Of a stretch of 64,000 bases of DNA, positions 22,330 through 37,300 are shown in pieces; position 1 is the stretch's first letter; the number at the start of each line of letters is the position of its first letter. The stretch comes from Macrostomum lignano. Its lineage: Eukaryota. Location: the NCBI GenBank assembly GCA_002269645.1, contig NIVC01000542.1:62001-126000 (forward strand), in the 5' to 3' direction. The position numbers and the translations under genes were made by a program. The notes beneath the pieces are model-generated. The model was not told the origin of the DNA, searched no databases, and saw only the letters and a list, made by a program, of their open reading frames with translations.

Positions 22330-25300
22330 GGCAGGTCTGGCGCAACCTCAGCAGTCAGGCAGGCGCCGCCGCAACAGCATGCGCTCCTCCGCGGCCGGGC
22401 ACGACACGAACTCGAATCCGCTGCTCCGGATGTTTCAGACTCGGCGGCAGACGGGCAGCGCCGGGCAAGAGCTCGTTTGGAAAGTGTTTGAGGCTGTTCG
22501 GGCTGATGATGGAAAGGTGAGATCCTTTGGTCCTGCGTCCCTCTGGTCCTGCGTCCTCTGGTCCTGCGTCCCTCTGGTCCTGCGTCCCTCTGGTCCTGCG
22601 TCCCTCTGGTCCTGCGTCCCTCTGGTCCTGCGTCCCTCTGGTCCTGCGTCCCTCTGGTCCTGCGTCCCTCTGGTCCTGCGTCCCTCTGGTCCTGCGTCCC
22701 TCTGGTCCTGCGTCCCTCTGGTCCTGCGTCCCTCTGGTCCTGCGTCCCTCTGGTCCTGCGTCCCTCTGGTCCTGCGTCCCTCTGGTCCTGCGTCCCTCTG
22801 GTCCTGCGTCCCTCTGGTCCTGCTTCCCTCTATTCTGTACTTTATTTCTTCTTCAATACAACACACTTCCTCAGTCCTAGAGTTTCTGCAAAGTAAGCAA
22901 GGCAAAAGTCTCGAATAATCTATCATTCATTGCTTTGAGCTGCAGGATTCCCAGAGGTGGACGCTCTGCCTACGGTTTCCCTTCCCCTACAGAAGTAGCT
23001 TTGAGCTTCTGCTGAACGAGCCGAGCCGAAATCTTCTATCCAGCGGCTTTGCAAACCTCAGCGGTGACAAAAATCAATGCTAAACTAATTGAGTAGAAGT
23101 GAGTGAGAAGAAGAACCTCTTTCTCAAACCCGGCGGTGGGGGTTGCCCAGTGTGAGCAGCTGCTCAGGTGATCAATCAGCTGCGCTCGCTGTGAAAATTC
23201 AATCGCGTACGAGAAGAGACTTGGACGAGGGCTGAAAAAAACATTTAGAATGATGATGAAGAAGAGATTCTGGATCCGTGTCGCCTGCTTCCCCCAAGCC
23301 AGGTAAGCAGGTGCTCAATCACCGGTACAACTGGCCAACGGCTCTTCGTTCCCCGGGACTCATCTCGGCGCTGGCAGTTCATCTGAATTTTTCAGCAAAG
23401 CAAATCACGATTCAGAAATATGTTTTTTTGCCCTGACAGCGTCTTCAGGCTTGTCGCGATTCGGAATGGCAGGCCTTGAAATTGTCGATTGTCGACATGA
23501 AGTGCCATGTTGGGCATTGCTAATAAAAATTTGAATTCCGTTAACGGCAGAAGCGTTAAAGTTGAAATGAAAAAACATGGACAGCTGAAGTGGAAGGGTG
23601 CCAGACTAAATTTTCTTAAAACAACCTGCAGGCCGGTGAGGAACGCAAAGCTGTGGAAGGGTGCCAGACTCGATTTTCTTAGAAACAACCTGCAGGCCGG
23701 TGAGGAACGCAAAGTTTTGGAAGGGTGCCAGACTCGATTTTCTTAGAAACAACCTGGAGGCCGGTGAGGAACGCGTAGTTGTGGAAGGGTGCCAGACTCA
23801 ATTTTCTTAGAAACAACTTGGAGGCCGGTGAGGAACGCATAGTTGTGGAAGGGTGCCAGACTCGATTTTCTTAGAAACAACTTGGAGGCCGGTGAGGAAC
23901 GCAAAGTTGTGGAAGGGTGCCAGACTCGATTTTCTTAGAAACAACTTGGAGGCCGGTGAGGAACGCAAAGTTGTGAAAGGGTGCCAGACTCGCTGTTCTT
24001 AGTAATGGAGCTGGAGGCCGGTGAGGAGCTCGCAGTTGTGGACTTGTGTCTCGACATAGTTTGTCTATGGAAAAAGCTCATTTAGCGCTGTGCGTTCTCC
24101 AGCTAGAATGTGCGCTGTTAATGGATTAACTCGTATTGACGAATTAACCTTATTAACAGACTGTTGCCCTACACTGCACAAGAGCTTCATTTTGGATTCC
24201 TCATTTAGAATGAGGCCTGCCGGAACTCAAGAACCCGTCAGGGAGGAGGGAGTTGTCATGGGAGCGAATCTCGATGGGTGCTGAAAAAAAGCGCCTTTGC
24301 CGTCCCCGCCCCGTGCCAGGAAACAGCACGTGCTGCAGCTCACACGCGAGTCTCAATTCATCATCGATGACTCAAAAAAGCTGGGCGGGTGAAAATTCCA
24401 GAGACAGGGTGCATGGGAGGGAAAACAGACAGAGGGAGAGATAGCGAGGGGCCTATTGAGGAAAATTCCTAGCATTGAAGTCTGCGGACTGCGCGTCATC
24501 ACAAATGAAAGTGGGGCTTCGCCGCGAGAGGATCCCACCGACTGGGAAAATTGCTTTAAATAATTTTCCTGCGCACTCATGCCTTTCTTTTTCTATGCCG
24601 ACAGCGAACTGAAAGAGAAAAAGTCAATGTTCTTCTTTGCCTCTCCCCTTCTGTTCTGAATCCCCACTCATCTCTAATCTCCAATCTTCCCTCTCATAAC
24701 TACCCTCCCTAATCTCAGCAGTAAGTCTCAAGAATCTCTCCTCCCGAATCTCTCCTCCCGAATCTCCCCTCTCGAATCTGCCCTCCCGAATCTCCCCTCT
24801 CGAATCTGCCCTTCCGAATCTCCCCTCCCGAATCACCCCTTCCGAATCTCCCTTCTCGAATCTCCTTCCCGAATCTCCCTTCCAGAATCTCACTTCTCGA
24901 ATCTCCCTTCTCGAATCTCCCTTCCCGAATCTCCCTTCCAGAATCTCACTTCTCGAATCTCCCCTCTCGAATCTCCCCTCCCGAATCTCCCCTCCCGAAT
25001 CTCCCCTCCCGAATCTCCCCTCCCGAATCTCCCCTCCCGAATCTCCCCTCCCGAATCTCCCCTCCCGAATCTCCCCTCCCGAATCTCCCCTCCTGAGTCT
25101 CCCCTCCCGAATCTCCCCTCCCGAATCTCCCCTCCCGAATCTCCCCTCCCGAATCTCCCCTCCTGAGTCTCCCCTCCCGAATCTCCCCTCCCGAATCTCC
25201 CCTCCCGAATCTCCCCTCCTGAGTCTCCCCTCCCGAATTTCCCCTCCCGAATCTCCCCTCCCGAATCTCCCCTCCCGAATCTCCCCTCCCGAATCTCCCC

Positions 25301-28300
25301 TCCCGAATCTCCCCTCCTGAGTCTCCCCTCCCGAATCTCCCCTCCCGAATCTCCCTTCCGAATCTCCCTTCTCGAATCTCCCTTCCCGAATCTCCCTTCC
25401 AGAATCTCACTTCTCGAATCTCCCCTCTCGAATCTGCCCTTCCGAATCTCCCCTCCCGAATCTCCCTTCTCGAATCTCCCTTCCAGAATCTCCCTTCCAG
25501 AATCTCACTTCTCGAATCTCCCTTCCCGAATCTCCCTTCCAGAATCTCACTTCTCGAATCTCCCCTCTCGAATCTGCCCTTCCGAATCTCCCTTCCCGAA
25601 TCTCCCTTCTCGAATCTCCCTTCCCGAATCTCCCCTCTCGAATCTCCCTTCCCGAATCTCCCCTCCCGAATCTCCCCTCCCGAATCTCCCCTCCTGAATC
25701 TCCCTTCCGAATCTCCCTTCTCGAATCTCCCTTCCCGAATCTCCCTTCCAGAATCTCACTTCTCGAATCTCCCCTCTCGAATCTGCCCTTCCGAATCTCC
25801 CCTCCCGAATCTCCCCTCCCGAATCTCCCCTCCCGAATCTCCCCTCCCGAATCTCCCCTCCCGAATCTCCCCTCCCGAATCTCCCCTCCCGAATCTCCCT
25901 TCTCGAATCTCCCTTCCCGAATCTCCCCTCCCGAATCTCCCCTCCCGAATCTTCCCTCCCGAATCTCCCCTCCCGAATCTCCCTTCTCGAATCTCCCTTC
26001 CCGAATCTCCCTTCCAGAATCTCACTTCTCGAATCTCCCCTCTCGAATCTCCCTTCTCGAATCTCCCTTCCCGAATCTCCCCTCTCGAATCTCCCTTCCC
26101 GAATCTCCCCTCCGAATCTCCCTTCCCGAATCTCCCCTCCCGAATCTCCCCTCCTGAATCTCCCCTCCCGAATCTCCCCTCCTGAGTCTCCCCTCCCGAA
26201 TTTCCCTTCTCGAATCTCCCCTTCGAACTCCTAATTCTCGAATATCTTCTTCTCAAATTCCTTTCGCACAGTCTGCCTGCTGCGGAAATTGAAAATCTTA
26301 ATTTGACGAAGAGTCGAAGTCAGTCTTTTTTAACGAAACCCGACGATTTTGAAAACTCGAAGACAGACAGCAGGAGGGAGAGAGGGGACGCTCCGGAAGT
26401 GAGGGTCCGGCCCCCTGTCCGATCCGTTCCCTTCCGGTTCCGATGATCAATGCCGCCCAATGCCCCGACAGCCGCGGCACCGTCCGCTGCGAGCTGCTGA
26501 TCAAAGAGCTCAATCTGATTGGAGGTGATTAGTTGGCGGCCGGGTCTCATTAGGATGCCGCAGCTAATCTGATTCAGCCAGAGTTCCTGAGAGACGTGAC
26601 TGCCTCTGCCTCCCACTGCCTCTATTTTTACTCGCCCCTTTCACTTATCAACTGTGGGGCAGACACGGGGACAGACAAGTACATTTCCCCCCCCCCCCCA
26701 ACTCTGCTGCGCTCCCAGGGCGGCAATGAAATTCATGCGGCTCTGACAGGAGGCACGTAGGGATTCCCCTGCTGCCATCCGTCTGTAGCTTTAATGCCTC
26801 CCAAATGGGAAGTCGCAATTGATGCGGATGCCCAAAATCTGGCAGATTCTGTGAGAACTCAATCCTAGTTTTTCATATCCCCACCGGGTGTTGCTGCACT
26901 CCAGGAGGCCTCGCTGCTGCTGTTCGACAAGAAGATCGCCGACAAGCTGCACAAGCCCAAGCGAAAGGAAACTGTGTCGGAGATTCTGCGTCGCGAGGTT
27001 CGCTACCTGGAGCGGTTCAAGCACCCGAAACTGCTGCAGATCTGGCATCCAGCCGAGGACTGCAGGTGAGAGACAGCACCAGCTCACCTGCTATTGCGGG
27101 TGATAATAATTCTACTAAATACTGCTCGAAATTTGCAGCGACAGTCTGGGCTTCGCCACCGAGCCAATCTGGGGCAGCCTGGCCAATTTTCTTGGAAAGT
27201 GCGACCGAATTTCGTCGTCTGTGCCGGCCGAGATCAAGGTGAGGCTCTCTGCGCTGCCAAGGAAATTCAGCTGCGATGTACATTGAATAGTGGGGTGTCT
27301 GAGGGATAGAAATTCAGCTGCGATGTACATTGAATAGTGGGGTGTCTGAGGGATAGAAATTCAGCTGCGATGTACATTGAATAGTGGGGTGTCTGAGGGA
27401 TAGAAATTCAGCTGCGATGTACATTGAATAGTGGGGTGTCTGAGGGATAGAAATTCAGCTGCGATGTACATTGAATAGTGGGGTGTCTGAGGGATAGAAA
27501 TTCAGCTGCGATGTACATTGAATAGTGGGGTGTCTGAGGGATAGAAATTCAGCTGCGATGTACATTGAATAGTGGGGTGTCTGAGGGATAGAAATTCAGC
27601 TGCGATGTACATTGAATAGTGGGGTGTCTGAGGGATAGAAATTCAGCTGCGATGTACATTGAATAGTGGGGTGTCTGAGGGATAGAAATTCAGCTGCGAT
27701 GTACATTGAATATAACTGAGGTTGATGGCACGAAGGAGAGGAACTCAGCTGCAATGTACTTTTTCTATTGCTCGGAGTCTCTGACAAAAGAGGCCTAACT
27801 GGACCTGAGATACAAAATTATTGTTGAGAATCTAGCCCATTAAAAGCTTTTAGCATAACTGGCAGTAACAGTTATAGTGGAACACGAATTTGGAGCAAAA
27901 TGGAGCCAGCGCCGTACTACGTCTATATTTAACGAGCAGGGTTTCGGAGTCTGAGCACCAAAGATGAAGGACTATAACGCCTGCCAATCAAATAAAAAAG
28001 TACGACACGAGGCGTGCGCCACTCATTGTATCCGCGAGACGGATTCGCTGGGAGCTGATTGGGGATCTTGGCTGGTTATCCAGCGACCCCCATTTGTGTC
28101 TTTTTTCCGGGACAAGAGCGGTCGGGAGAGGGCATTCTAGGGCCATTGTGCCCCATCAGCATCTGTTCGCGATGGGAGTGGCGGGTAGAGCTAAAGTGCT
28201 CAGCCAGACAGAACCGCCCCGGGGCTGGCTTTACACAGACTTCCAAGACATTCTTTTTATTTTGGAAGACTGCAATGAATCGAAGCCGAAACCCTCCTTT

Positions 28301-31300
28301 TAAATATTGAGGCCTGCTGGAGTTTTTGACTGACGGAAGCCCAGGTTTCATTCTCTGCTTCGTTGTTTGCCTGCTTATCCGCTGGGAAACATTTCCCGGC
28401 GTTGTGCCTTGCAGTGTTTTCTGGCTTTTAGGAGATTTTTTGGGATCTGTCCCCTCACTCTGACATAGGATCTGTCTCTCACTCTGACATGGGGCCAGTC
28501 TATCACTCTGACATGGACCTGTCTATCACTCTGAAATGGGGTTTGTCTCCCACTCTGACATGGGATCTGTCTCTCACTCTGACATGAGGCCAGTCTATCA
28601 CTCTGACATGGATCTGTCTATCACTCTGACATGGGGTTTGTCTCCCACTCTGACATGGGATCTGTCTCCCACTCTGACATGGGATCTGTCTCTCACTCTG
28701 ACATGAGGCCAGTCTATCACTCTGACATGGATCTGTCTATCACTCTGACATGGGATTTGTCTATCACTCTGACATGGATCTGTCTATCACTCTGACATGG
28801 GATTTGTCTATCACTCTGACATGGGATCTGTCTATCACTCTGACATGGGATTTGTCTATCACTCTGACATGGGATCTGTCTCTCACTCTGACATGGGATC
28901 TGTCTCTCACTCTGACATGGGATCTGTCTCCCACTCTGACATGGGATCTGTCTCCCACTCTGACATGGGGTTTGTCTCCCACTCTGACATGGGATCTGTC
29001 TCCCACTCTGACATGGGATCTGTCTCCCACTCTGACATGGGGTTTGTCTCCCACTCTGACACGGGATCCGTCTCTCACTCTGCCATGGGGCCAGTCTATC
29101 ACTCTGACATGGATCTGTCTATCACTCTGACATGGGATCTGTCTCCCACTCTGACATGGGATCTGTCTCCCACTCTGACATGGGGTTTGTCTCCCACTCT
29201 GACACGGGATCCGTCTCTCACTCTGCCATGGGGCCAGTCTATCACTCTGACATGGATCTGTCTATCACTCTGACATGGGATCTGTCTCCCACTCTGACAT
29301 GGGATCTGTCTCCCACTCTGACATGGGGTTTGTCTCCCACTCTGACATGGGATCTGTCTCCCACTCTGCCATGGGATCCCTAACATAACTAAACCTCATA
29401 CGGAGTTGAACTCTGAGCATTTCAGAGTACATGAGTCTTTGATCACAGCAGCATAAAATTTGTTTTCCATTCTCAGGAGAGCCTGACGGATCTGGAGATC
29501 AAGCATGGAATTTTCCAGGTAAGTTACAGTTTACTGCATTTTGACTTATCCTATAGTGAACTAATCGGTTTAAACAACTCGAACTCGCAGATAAACGAGG
29601 CTTTGAAGTACCTTCACTGCACTCAGAAGGTGATTCACGGCAATGTGAGCCCCTGCTCCATCCTCATCACCAAGCGAGGATGCTGGAAACTCTCCGGCCT
29701 GGGGTTCGTGGAAAAGTCGAGCACGTTGCATGTGAGTTTCGCGTTTTGGCAAGTGATGCAGCATCCCATACCCAGTGATGCAGCTTCCCATACCCAGTGA
29801 TGCAGCTTCCCATACCCAGTGATGCAGCTTCCCATACCCAGTGATGCAGCTTCCCATACCCAGTGATGCAGCTTCCCATACCCAGTGATGCAGCTTCCCA
29901 TACCCAGTGATGCAGCTTCCCATACCCAGTGATGCAGCTTCCCATACCCAGTGATGCAGCTTCCCATACCCAGTGATGCAGCTTCCCATACCCAGTGATG
30001 CAGCTTCCCATACCCAGTGATGCAGCTTCCCATACCCAGTTTGTCACTACCGATTCCCAGTTTGTCACCACCGATTCCCAGTTTGTCACCGCCGATTCCC
30101 AGTTTGTCACTACCGATTCCCAGTTTGTCACTACCGATTCCCAGTTTGTCACCACCGATTCCCAGTTTGTCACCGCCGATTCCCAGTTTGTCACTACCGA
30201 TTCCCAGTTTGTCACTACCGATTCCCAGTTTGTCACTACCGATTCCCAGTTTGTCACCGCCGATTCCCAGTTTGTCACCGCCGATTCCCAGTTTGTCACT
30301 ACCGATTCCCAGTTTGTCACCGCCGATTCCCAGTTTGTCACCGCCGATTCCCAGGTGCACCCGTGCCCCTCTTCAATCCTAGGAGGCCTACAACTTCACC
30401 CAGTGGACCTCCAAGCTGCCGAAGATGGCACAGCCCGATCTTGACTACCTGGCGCCGGACCTGCAGATCTACGGCAAGGCCACTCAGGCCTGCGACATTT
30501 TCTCGCTGGGCCTCGTCATTCACGCCATCTTCAACGGCGGCGTCTCCCTGCTGGACGCTGGGCGCAGCAGCCAGCAGTATCACCGCAAGGTCGAGGAGGT
30601 GACAGACCTTAAGCAGACCCCTTATTTTTAAGTGTACATTCTCACTGAGGCAGGGCAACAGCTGAGAGCATCTCAAATTAATTCTCAAACCTCTTCTCAC
30701 TGCAGCTGCCAGTGAATCTGCCGAAGGCGCTGACGCAACTGCCCTGCGAGCTGGCCGAACTGGTGGAGAAGATGCTGGACAGGGAGCCGCGCCACCGGCC
30801 TTCTGCACAGCTGCTCAGCATGGTTCGTTCTGCATCATCTCTCACTCTTTCCTTCCGCCACTCACTCTTCCCTTCCGCCCCTCATCCTTCCCTTCCGCCC
30901 CTCGCTCTTTCCTTCCGCCACTCCCTCTTTCCCTCCGCCCCTCACTCTTTCCTTCCGCCCCTCACTCTTTCTTTCCGCCCCTCACTCTTTCCTTCCGCCC
31001 TCGCTCTTTCCTTCCGCCCCTCACTCTTTCCTTCCGCCCCTCACTCTTTCTTTCCGCCCCTCACTCTTTCCTTCCGCCCTCGCTCTTTCCTTCCGCCCCT
31101 CACTCTTTCCTTCCGCCCCTCACTCTTTCTTTCCGCCCCTCACTCTTTCCTTCCGCTCTCGCTCTTTCTTTCCGCCCCTCACTCTTTCCTTCCGCTCTCG
31201 CTCTTTCCTTCCGCCCCTCACTCTTTCCTTCCGCCCCTCACTCTTTCCTTCCGCCCCTCATCCTTTCCTTCCGCCACTGCCTCTTTCCTTCCGCCCCTCA

Positions 31301-34300
31301 CTCTTTCCTTCCGCCCCTCACTCTTTCCTTCCGCCCCTCACTCTTTCCTTCCGCCCCTCACTCTTTCCTTCCGCCCCTCACTCTTTCTTTCCGCCCCTCA
31401 CTCTTTCCTTCCGCCACTCACTCTTTCCTTCCGCCCCTCATCCTTCCCTTCCGCCCCTCGCTCTTTCCTTCCGCCCCTCACTCTTTCCTTCCGCCCTCGC
31501 TCTTTCCCTCCGCCCCTCACTCTTTCCCTCCGCCCCTCACTCTTTCCCTCCGCCCTTCATTCTTTCCCTCCGCCCTTCATTCTTTCCCTCCGCCCTTCAT
31601 TCTTTCCCTCCGCCCCTCATTCTTTCCCTCCGCCCCTCACTCTTTCCCTCCGCCCCTCACTCTTTCCTTCCGCCCTCGCTCTTTCCCTCCGCCCCTCACT
31701 CTTTCCCTCCGCCCCTCACTCTTTCCCTCCGCCCCTCACTCTTTCCCTCCGCCCCTCACTCTTTCCCTCCACCCCTCACTCTTTCCCTCCGCCCCTCACT
31801 CTTTCCCTCCGCCCCTCACTCTTTCCCTCCGCCCTTCATTCTTTCCCTCCGCCCCTCACTCTTTCCCTCCGCCCCTCACTCTTTCCTTCCACCCTCCACT
31901 CTTTCCCTCCGCCCCTCCCTCTTTCTTTCCGCCCCTCACTCTTTCCAAGCGCGCATTCAGTCCGTCACTTAGCGCTCCATAATCCCTGATCCGGATTCCC
32001 TCAACTCGGCGCCCAGCCTCCTTCATCTCAAAGCTCTCGGTAAATTCGATTAGCCAGCCGCCAGAGCGGCTCAGCATACTAACAGCAAAGCAGATTCATC
32101 CCGCGTTAGAAATCAGGCTAGATAAAAAGCAGAGAACAAGCGGGGAGTCTCGGAGCCCCCAGCCAGAAGCAGAATGGAAAAATTATTTAAATTAAAAGCT
32201 GAAAAATGAACGAAACACGGATAGCGACATGACAGCGGCTCAGAGGCAGAAGTAGCGACAGAGATTCGTCACACGCCCACTGGAAGCACTTTTCCATCCC
32301 TCTGCTGGCTGCTCTGCTTGCTCCACGGGATAAAATGCGATCGCTGATGCCGAACACAGCCTCCACCAGCTGAGGGCTCATAAGAGGGCTTGAGAAGGGA
32401 TAAAACCCACCTGCTCTAGGGAATCAGAGCCGCTGTTTAACTTGCATGACTTCTGTGGCATCTCCGCTTCCTGTGGGGGGATGGGAGATTCATGGGGATC
32501 TCATGCTGTCTTAGCAGAAACAAAACCTGCTGCATGTTGGAGCTGCTGCTATTTCACTTTTTGTGCTCCGCCTGCAGAACAAGTACTTCCAGGATCCGCT
32601 GCTGCTGGCTCTGGAGGGCCTGGTCACCTGCGAGGCCAAGACGGTTGAGCAGAAGAAGGAGTTCTTCAGTCTGCTCATGCAGACCATGATGAGGGAGCAG
32701 TTTCCCAAGGTGAGCTGGCTTGGATCCCTGACTACCCTTGGATCCCTGACTACCCTTGGATCCCTGACTACCCTTGGATCCCTGACTACCCTTGGATCCC
32801 TGACTACCCTTGGATCCCTGACTACCCTTGGATCCCTGACTACCCTTGGATCCCTGACTACCCTTGGATCCCTGACTACCCTTGTTCCCTGACTACCCTT
32901 GGATCCCTGACTACCCTTGGATCCCTGACTACCCTTGGATCCCTGACTACCCTTGGATCCCTGACTACCCTTGGATCCCTGACTACCCTTGGATCCCTGA
33001 CTATCCTTGGATCCCTGACTACCCTTGTTCCCTGACTACCCTTGTTCCCTGACTACCCTTGTTCCCTGACTACCCTTGGATCCCTGGCCACCCTTGGGTC
33101 TTTGACTACCCTTGGGTCCCTGACTACCCTTGGTCCCTGACTACCCTTGGATCCCTGACTACCCTTGGGTCCCTGACTACCCTTGGATCCCTGACTACCC
33201 TTGGATCCCTGACTACCCTTGGGTCCCTGACTACCCTTGGATCCCTGACTACCCTTGGGTCCCTGACTTTCCTAAAAAATATTTTTGCATTTAAAATTCC
33301 TTTCGAAACCTTGGGGAAAGTTGGAAGTTTCACTGATCGCATGCGCAGTTCATTTAGAAGTTACGCAATCGGCAGACTGCAAGCCTGAGTGCACTCAAAT
33401 CCCTCCAACCAATCAGTGAGCAATTAAATTCTATTGGAGAAGTTCCAAGCCCATTGAGCAGCTCAATCAAACTACTCAATGCAGAAGCACCCCTGCTGGG
33501 AAAAAAAGGGTAATTTTCCCTGCTCTGGCTGCACCGAGTTCCTACTATAAAGTTTAGCGATTCCGAAATCGCAAGCCGGCACTTGCTCTACTTTAATTAC
33601 TGGAGTTGGCTGGAAGCGACTGAGTCTTATCGATTCGGACTCGAGTCCTGAATTATTCACCAGCGGCTGCTCCACAAGGCAGCTGCCATTGTGATTTGGA
33701 AGTTTTTGCCCTAGGGACTCTAAGGCGGCAGATTAAATATGAGTATAGATATGGTTTGGCCACCTCCCTCTCAGAATCCAGGCAGCTCAGTACAAACTGA
33801 ATTGAGCAAGTTTTTAATAAAAAAATTCATGGCTTCTACGAGATGACCTTCAATGCCTCAACTTGCCCGCACAGAACATCCTGTTCAAGCGGGTCTGCCC
33901 GCTGGTGGCGGAGAATCTGCAGCTGACGGCCGACCTGACGCCCTACGTGCTGCCCTGCCTGCTGCGGGCGGTGATGCAGGTCGGGCCCGAGGAGTTCCGT
34001 CAGCACCTATGCGAGCACACACTGGGGGTGCTTCGACGGCCCAAAACGGCGCAGGTGCGTCTGCTAGGCTTGCGCAACACTTTTGATTATGCGTCTGACG
34101 TTGTCGTCTGCTATCTAAACCTTTATCATCGGTTCCAGTTCAACCCTGCCCAATCAGCTAGTGCAGGAGCCACACAATGTACATTGTCTTTTCCTTTCTA
34201 TCCAGTTCAGGCCTGACCATAGTGCGAGAGCTCACACAATGTACAATTTATTTTCCTTTCTATCCAGTTCAGGCCTGACCATAGTGCGGGAGCTCACACA

Positions 34301-37300
34301 ATGTACACTATTTTCCTTTCTATCCAGTTCAGGCCTGACCATAGTGCGGGAGCTCACACAATGTACACTATTTTCCTTTCTATCCAGTTCAGGCCTGACC
34401 ATAGTGCGGGAGCTCACACAATGTACAATGTCTTTTCCTTTCTATCCAGTTCAGGCCTGACCATAGTGCGGGAGCTCACACAATGTACACTATTTTCCTT
34501 TCTATCCAGTTCAGGCCTGACCATAGTGCGGGAGCTCACACAATGTACACTATTTTCCTTTCTATCCAGTTCAGGCCTGACCATAGTGCGGGAGCTCACA
34601 CAATGTACACTATTTTCCTTTCTATCCAGTTCAGGCCTGACCATAGTGCGAGAGCTCACACAATGTACACTATTTTCCTTTCTATCCAGTTCAGGCCTGA
34701 CCATAGTGCGGGAGCTCACACAATGTACAATGTCTTTTCCTTTCTATCCATTTTTCGTCAGTTCCACTCTAGCCCTCTCAAATTATCTTGCGTATGAGCC
34801 GCACAATGTACATTGTCTTCTTATCTAGTTATAATCGGCTCCATTTCAAACCTCCCCAAACTATCAAAGTAATGGGCCAGTTTCGTTTCTACTATTATCT
34901 CCTATCATCACCCCAGGTTTAAACTCAACCCCCCGCTGGAGTTAATTAGGTATATTAGCAATCTAATTAGCAATCTTACAAGCTATATTAGCAATCTGAC
35001 GAAAATAAAAATCCTAGCCCGTATTTCGGATTGTCTCATAAAATTTCGCTGTCTAACAATTTGCCAATATCGCTCTTATCCGTTCTTAAAGAAAATCTTT
35101 GTTTCCAAAGAGATCCTGTGTGAGTTTTAGTCTTTGACAGGATCTGTGCGGGCCGCTTTCATAAGACCGAAATTTCACAACGCCGAAAACTACTGCATTT
35201 TCCTTCAAAAGCCGTCACTTCACATCGTAGAAAACTTAATATAACAACAAAGACCAAGCAGTAGTTTGTTGGCGCTGTGAAATTTCGGTCTTGTGAACTC
35301 CCTCTCCATCTGTTCAAATAAGGATGTCAAAATCCCAGAAGCTTGTAATCCCGGGATTGCGAAGAACCCTATAGCTTCAATTCCTTAACTAATTTAGACA
35401 ATGCTCACCTGCATCACAGAGCTCCAGCATTCTCCGAGCGAGCTTTTCCTTGCCGTCTCCCTAATTAGCCATCAAAAAAGATCAGTGAAAGTGAAGTCGC
35501 GGCCGGAGCAGCTCGGGTCATTAGGGCTGCCGCTCCGAACTCTTTCAATCTGGACCAGCAGAGCTGCTTCGCCCCGTCCGTCCCAGCATTCCGCTGTCGG
35601 CCCTGATTTGCAGGCTCTCCGCTAAGCCTTTTTCGCCTCAATTTGCCTCTTTCAATTTTCGTAGTCGGAGTGGGGAGGTCAGCGTTTGAGTTGGGATGGC
35701 CCGAATTCCCCACTGGTGAGCACATCGGACGGGCTCGACATCGGCCAGGAGTCCATGTGGCTGTTAATACTGAATGAGTGTAGGGCAGATGGGTATCGCT
35801 GCGTGCATCAAGATGCGGCCAATTCAATAGCTGAACTCTCTGACTCCATGCAGAGAGGCCACTGCTGAGCGGCTCTGCTCTGCTCTGGCTTATTTGATCA
35901 GCAATGCAGATCTGCCATGCACTCATGGAGGGATAGTTGAGTTCAGCTCAACAATACCGCGGGAGAGGGGGGGAAGGGGTAAACACGAAAGTTTGACCTT
36001 TATTTAACTTTGATCAGACAGCAGAGGAACCATCGGTGCAACAGGAAACTCAATCCACCCCCTAAGGTCACCCTGGTGCTGGTTGAGCACAGCGACGTTC
36101 TGGTGGAGAAGTTGGACGACAGTCAGGTGAAAGGCGACCTGCTGCCGCTCGTGTTCACCACATTGGACTCGAACTCTTCCAGCGGCCAGGTGAGTTAATA
36201 GAAGTCAGACAGGTGTGAGATGCAAGCCTGGAGTTGACTTATACGAGCTACTAATTTAAACCCAACCCAGCTCGCTGTCAAAGACCCGGAACTGAATTGC
36301 TGCCAAATTCGTGGTACTTGGAGTAGAAATTCCTTTCAGAAGGTATAGAAACATTCCCCTAAAAATCAAACCATTGGCTTACATTGGATGTTTTGCTTCG
36401 GCAAAATCGTGACACAAACGAAGCGAGAGATCGTAAAATTGTCACGACTTTCAAATTTGAAGCTCATTGATTTCCTGCCCGATCCCGCAACTCAGGAGGC
36501 TGCGCTCAGTTCGTTCGTGGTGCTGCAGGATCATATCGATGACGCTACATTGAGGAAGCTGATCCTACCCAAAGCCAAGGCGCTGTTTCAAAAGAACAAA
36601 AGCATTACGGTGAGTGGGAGGTGCGGCTGATCGCGCCCTCAACAATCACACTCCAACAGCACCCCACTACACAGCACCCCACTACACAGCACACCACCAC
36701 CCCACTACACAGCACCCCACTACACAGCACCCCACTACACAGCACCCCACTACACAGCACCCCACTCCAACAGCACCCCACTCCAACAGCACCCCACTCC
36801 AACAGCACCCCACTACACAGCACCCCACTCCAACAGCACCCCACTCCAACAGCACCCCCACTGCAACAGCACCCCACTCCAACAGCACCCCACTCCAACA
36901 GCACCCCCACTGCAACAGCATCCCCGATTGCAACAGAGCCCAAAAAATAAATAACCAACCATTGACCAATGAATCAGCAGCAAATCCATCGCCCCCTTGC
37001 AGATGAAGGTAGGCGTGCTGTCCTGCCTGGAGCGGCTGATGGACCGGCTGGACAAGATGGCCATCTTGGAGGATCTGCTGCCTTTTCTGCTCGAGATCGG
37101 GTTTTCTGATCCAGACATCTACATGGCTGTGCTGAGTGAGTTGAGGTGCAGGGACTGTTGGGATCTGGACTAGCAGAGGGTTGAAATACAGTAACTCATC
37201 TATTGCAAATGTTTGTCAAATATGTCAAAGAGATTTGGGATAGAGCCGGATAGAAAGGCGGACAGAGAGGCGGATAGAGAAGCGGATAGAGAGGTGGATA

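Noticed and set aside
23250-23302. Alternative first exon ending at the strong donor CAG|GTAAGC
   Set aside because: It is in phase 2 and incompatible with the phase-0 acceptor at 26905.
30352-30355. Acceptor AG supplied by the last unit of the 21-bp array
   Set aside because: It gives the wrong frame; the acceptor at 30381-30382 restores the SCYL2 kinase frame.
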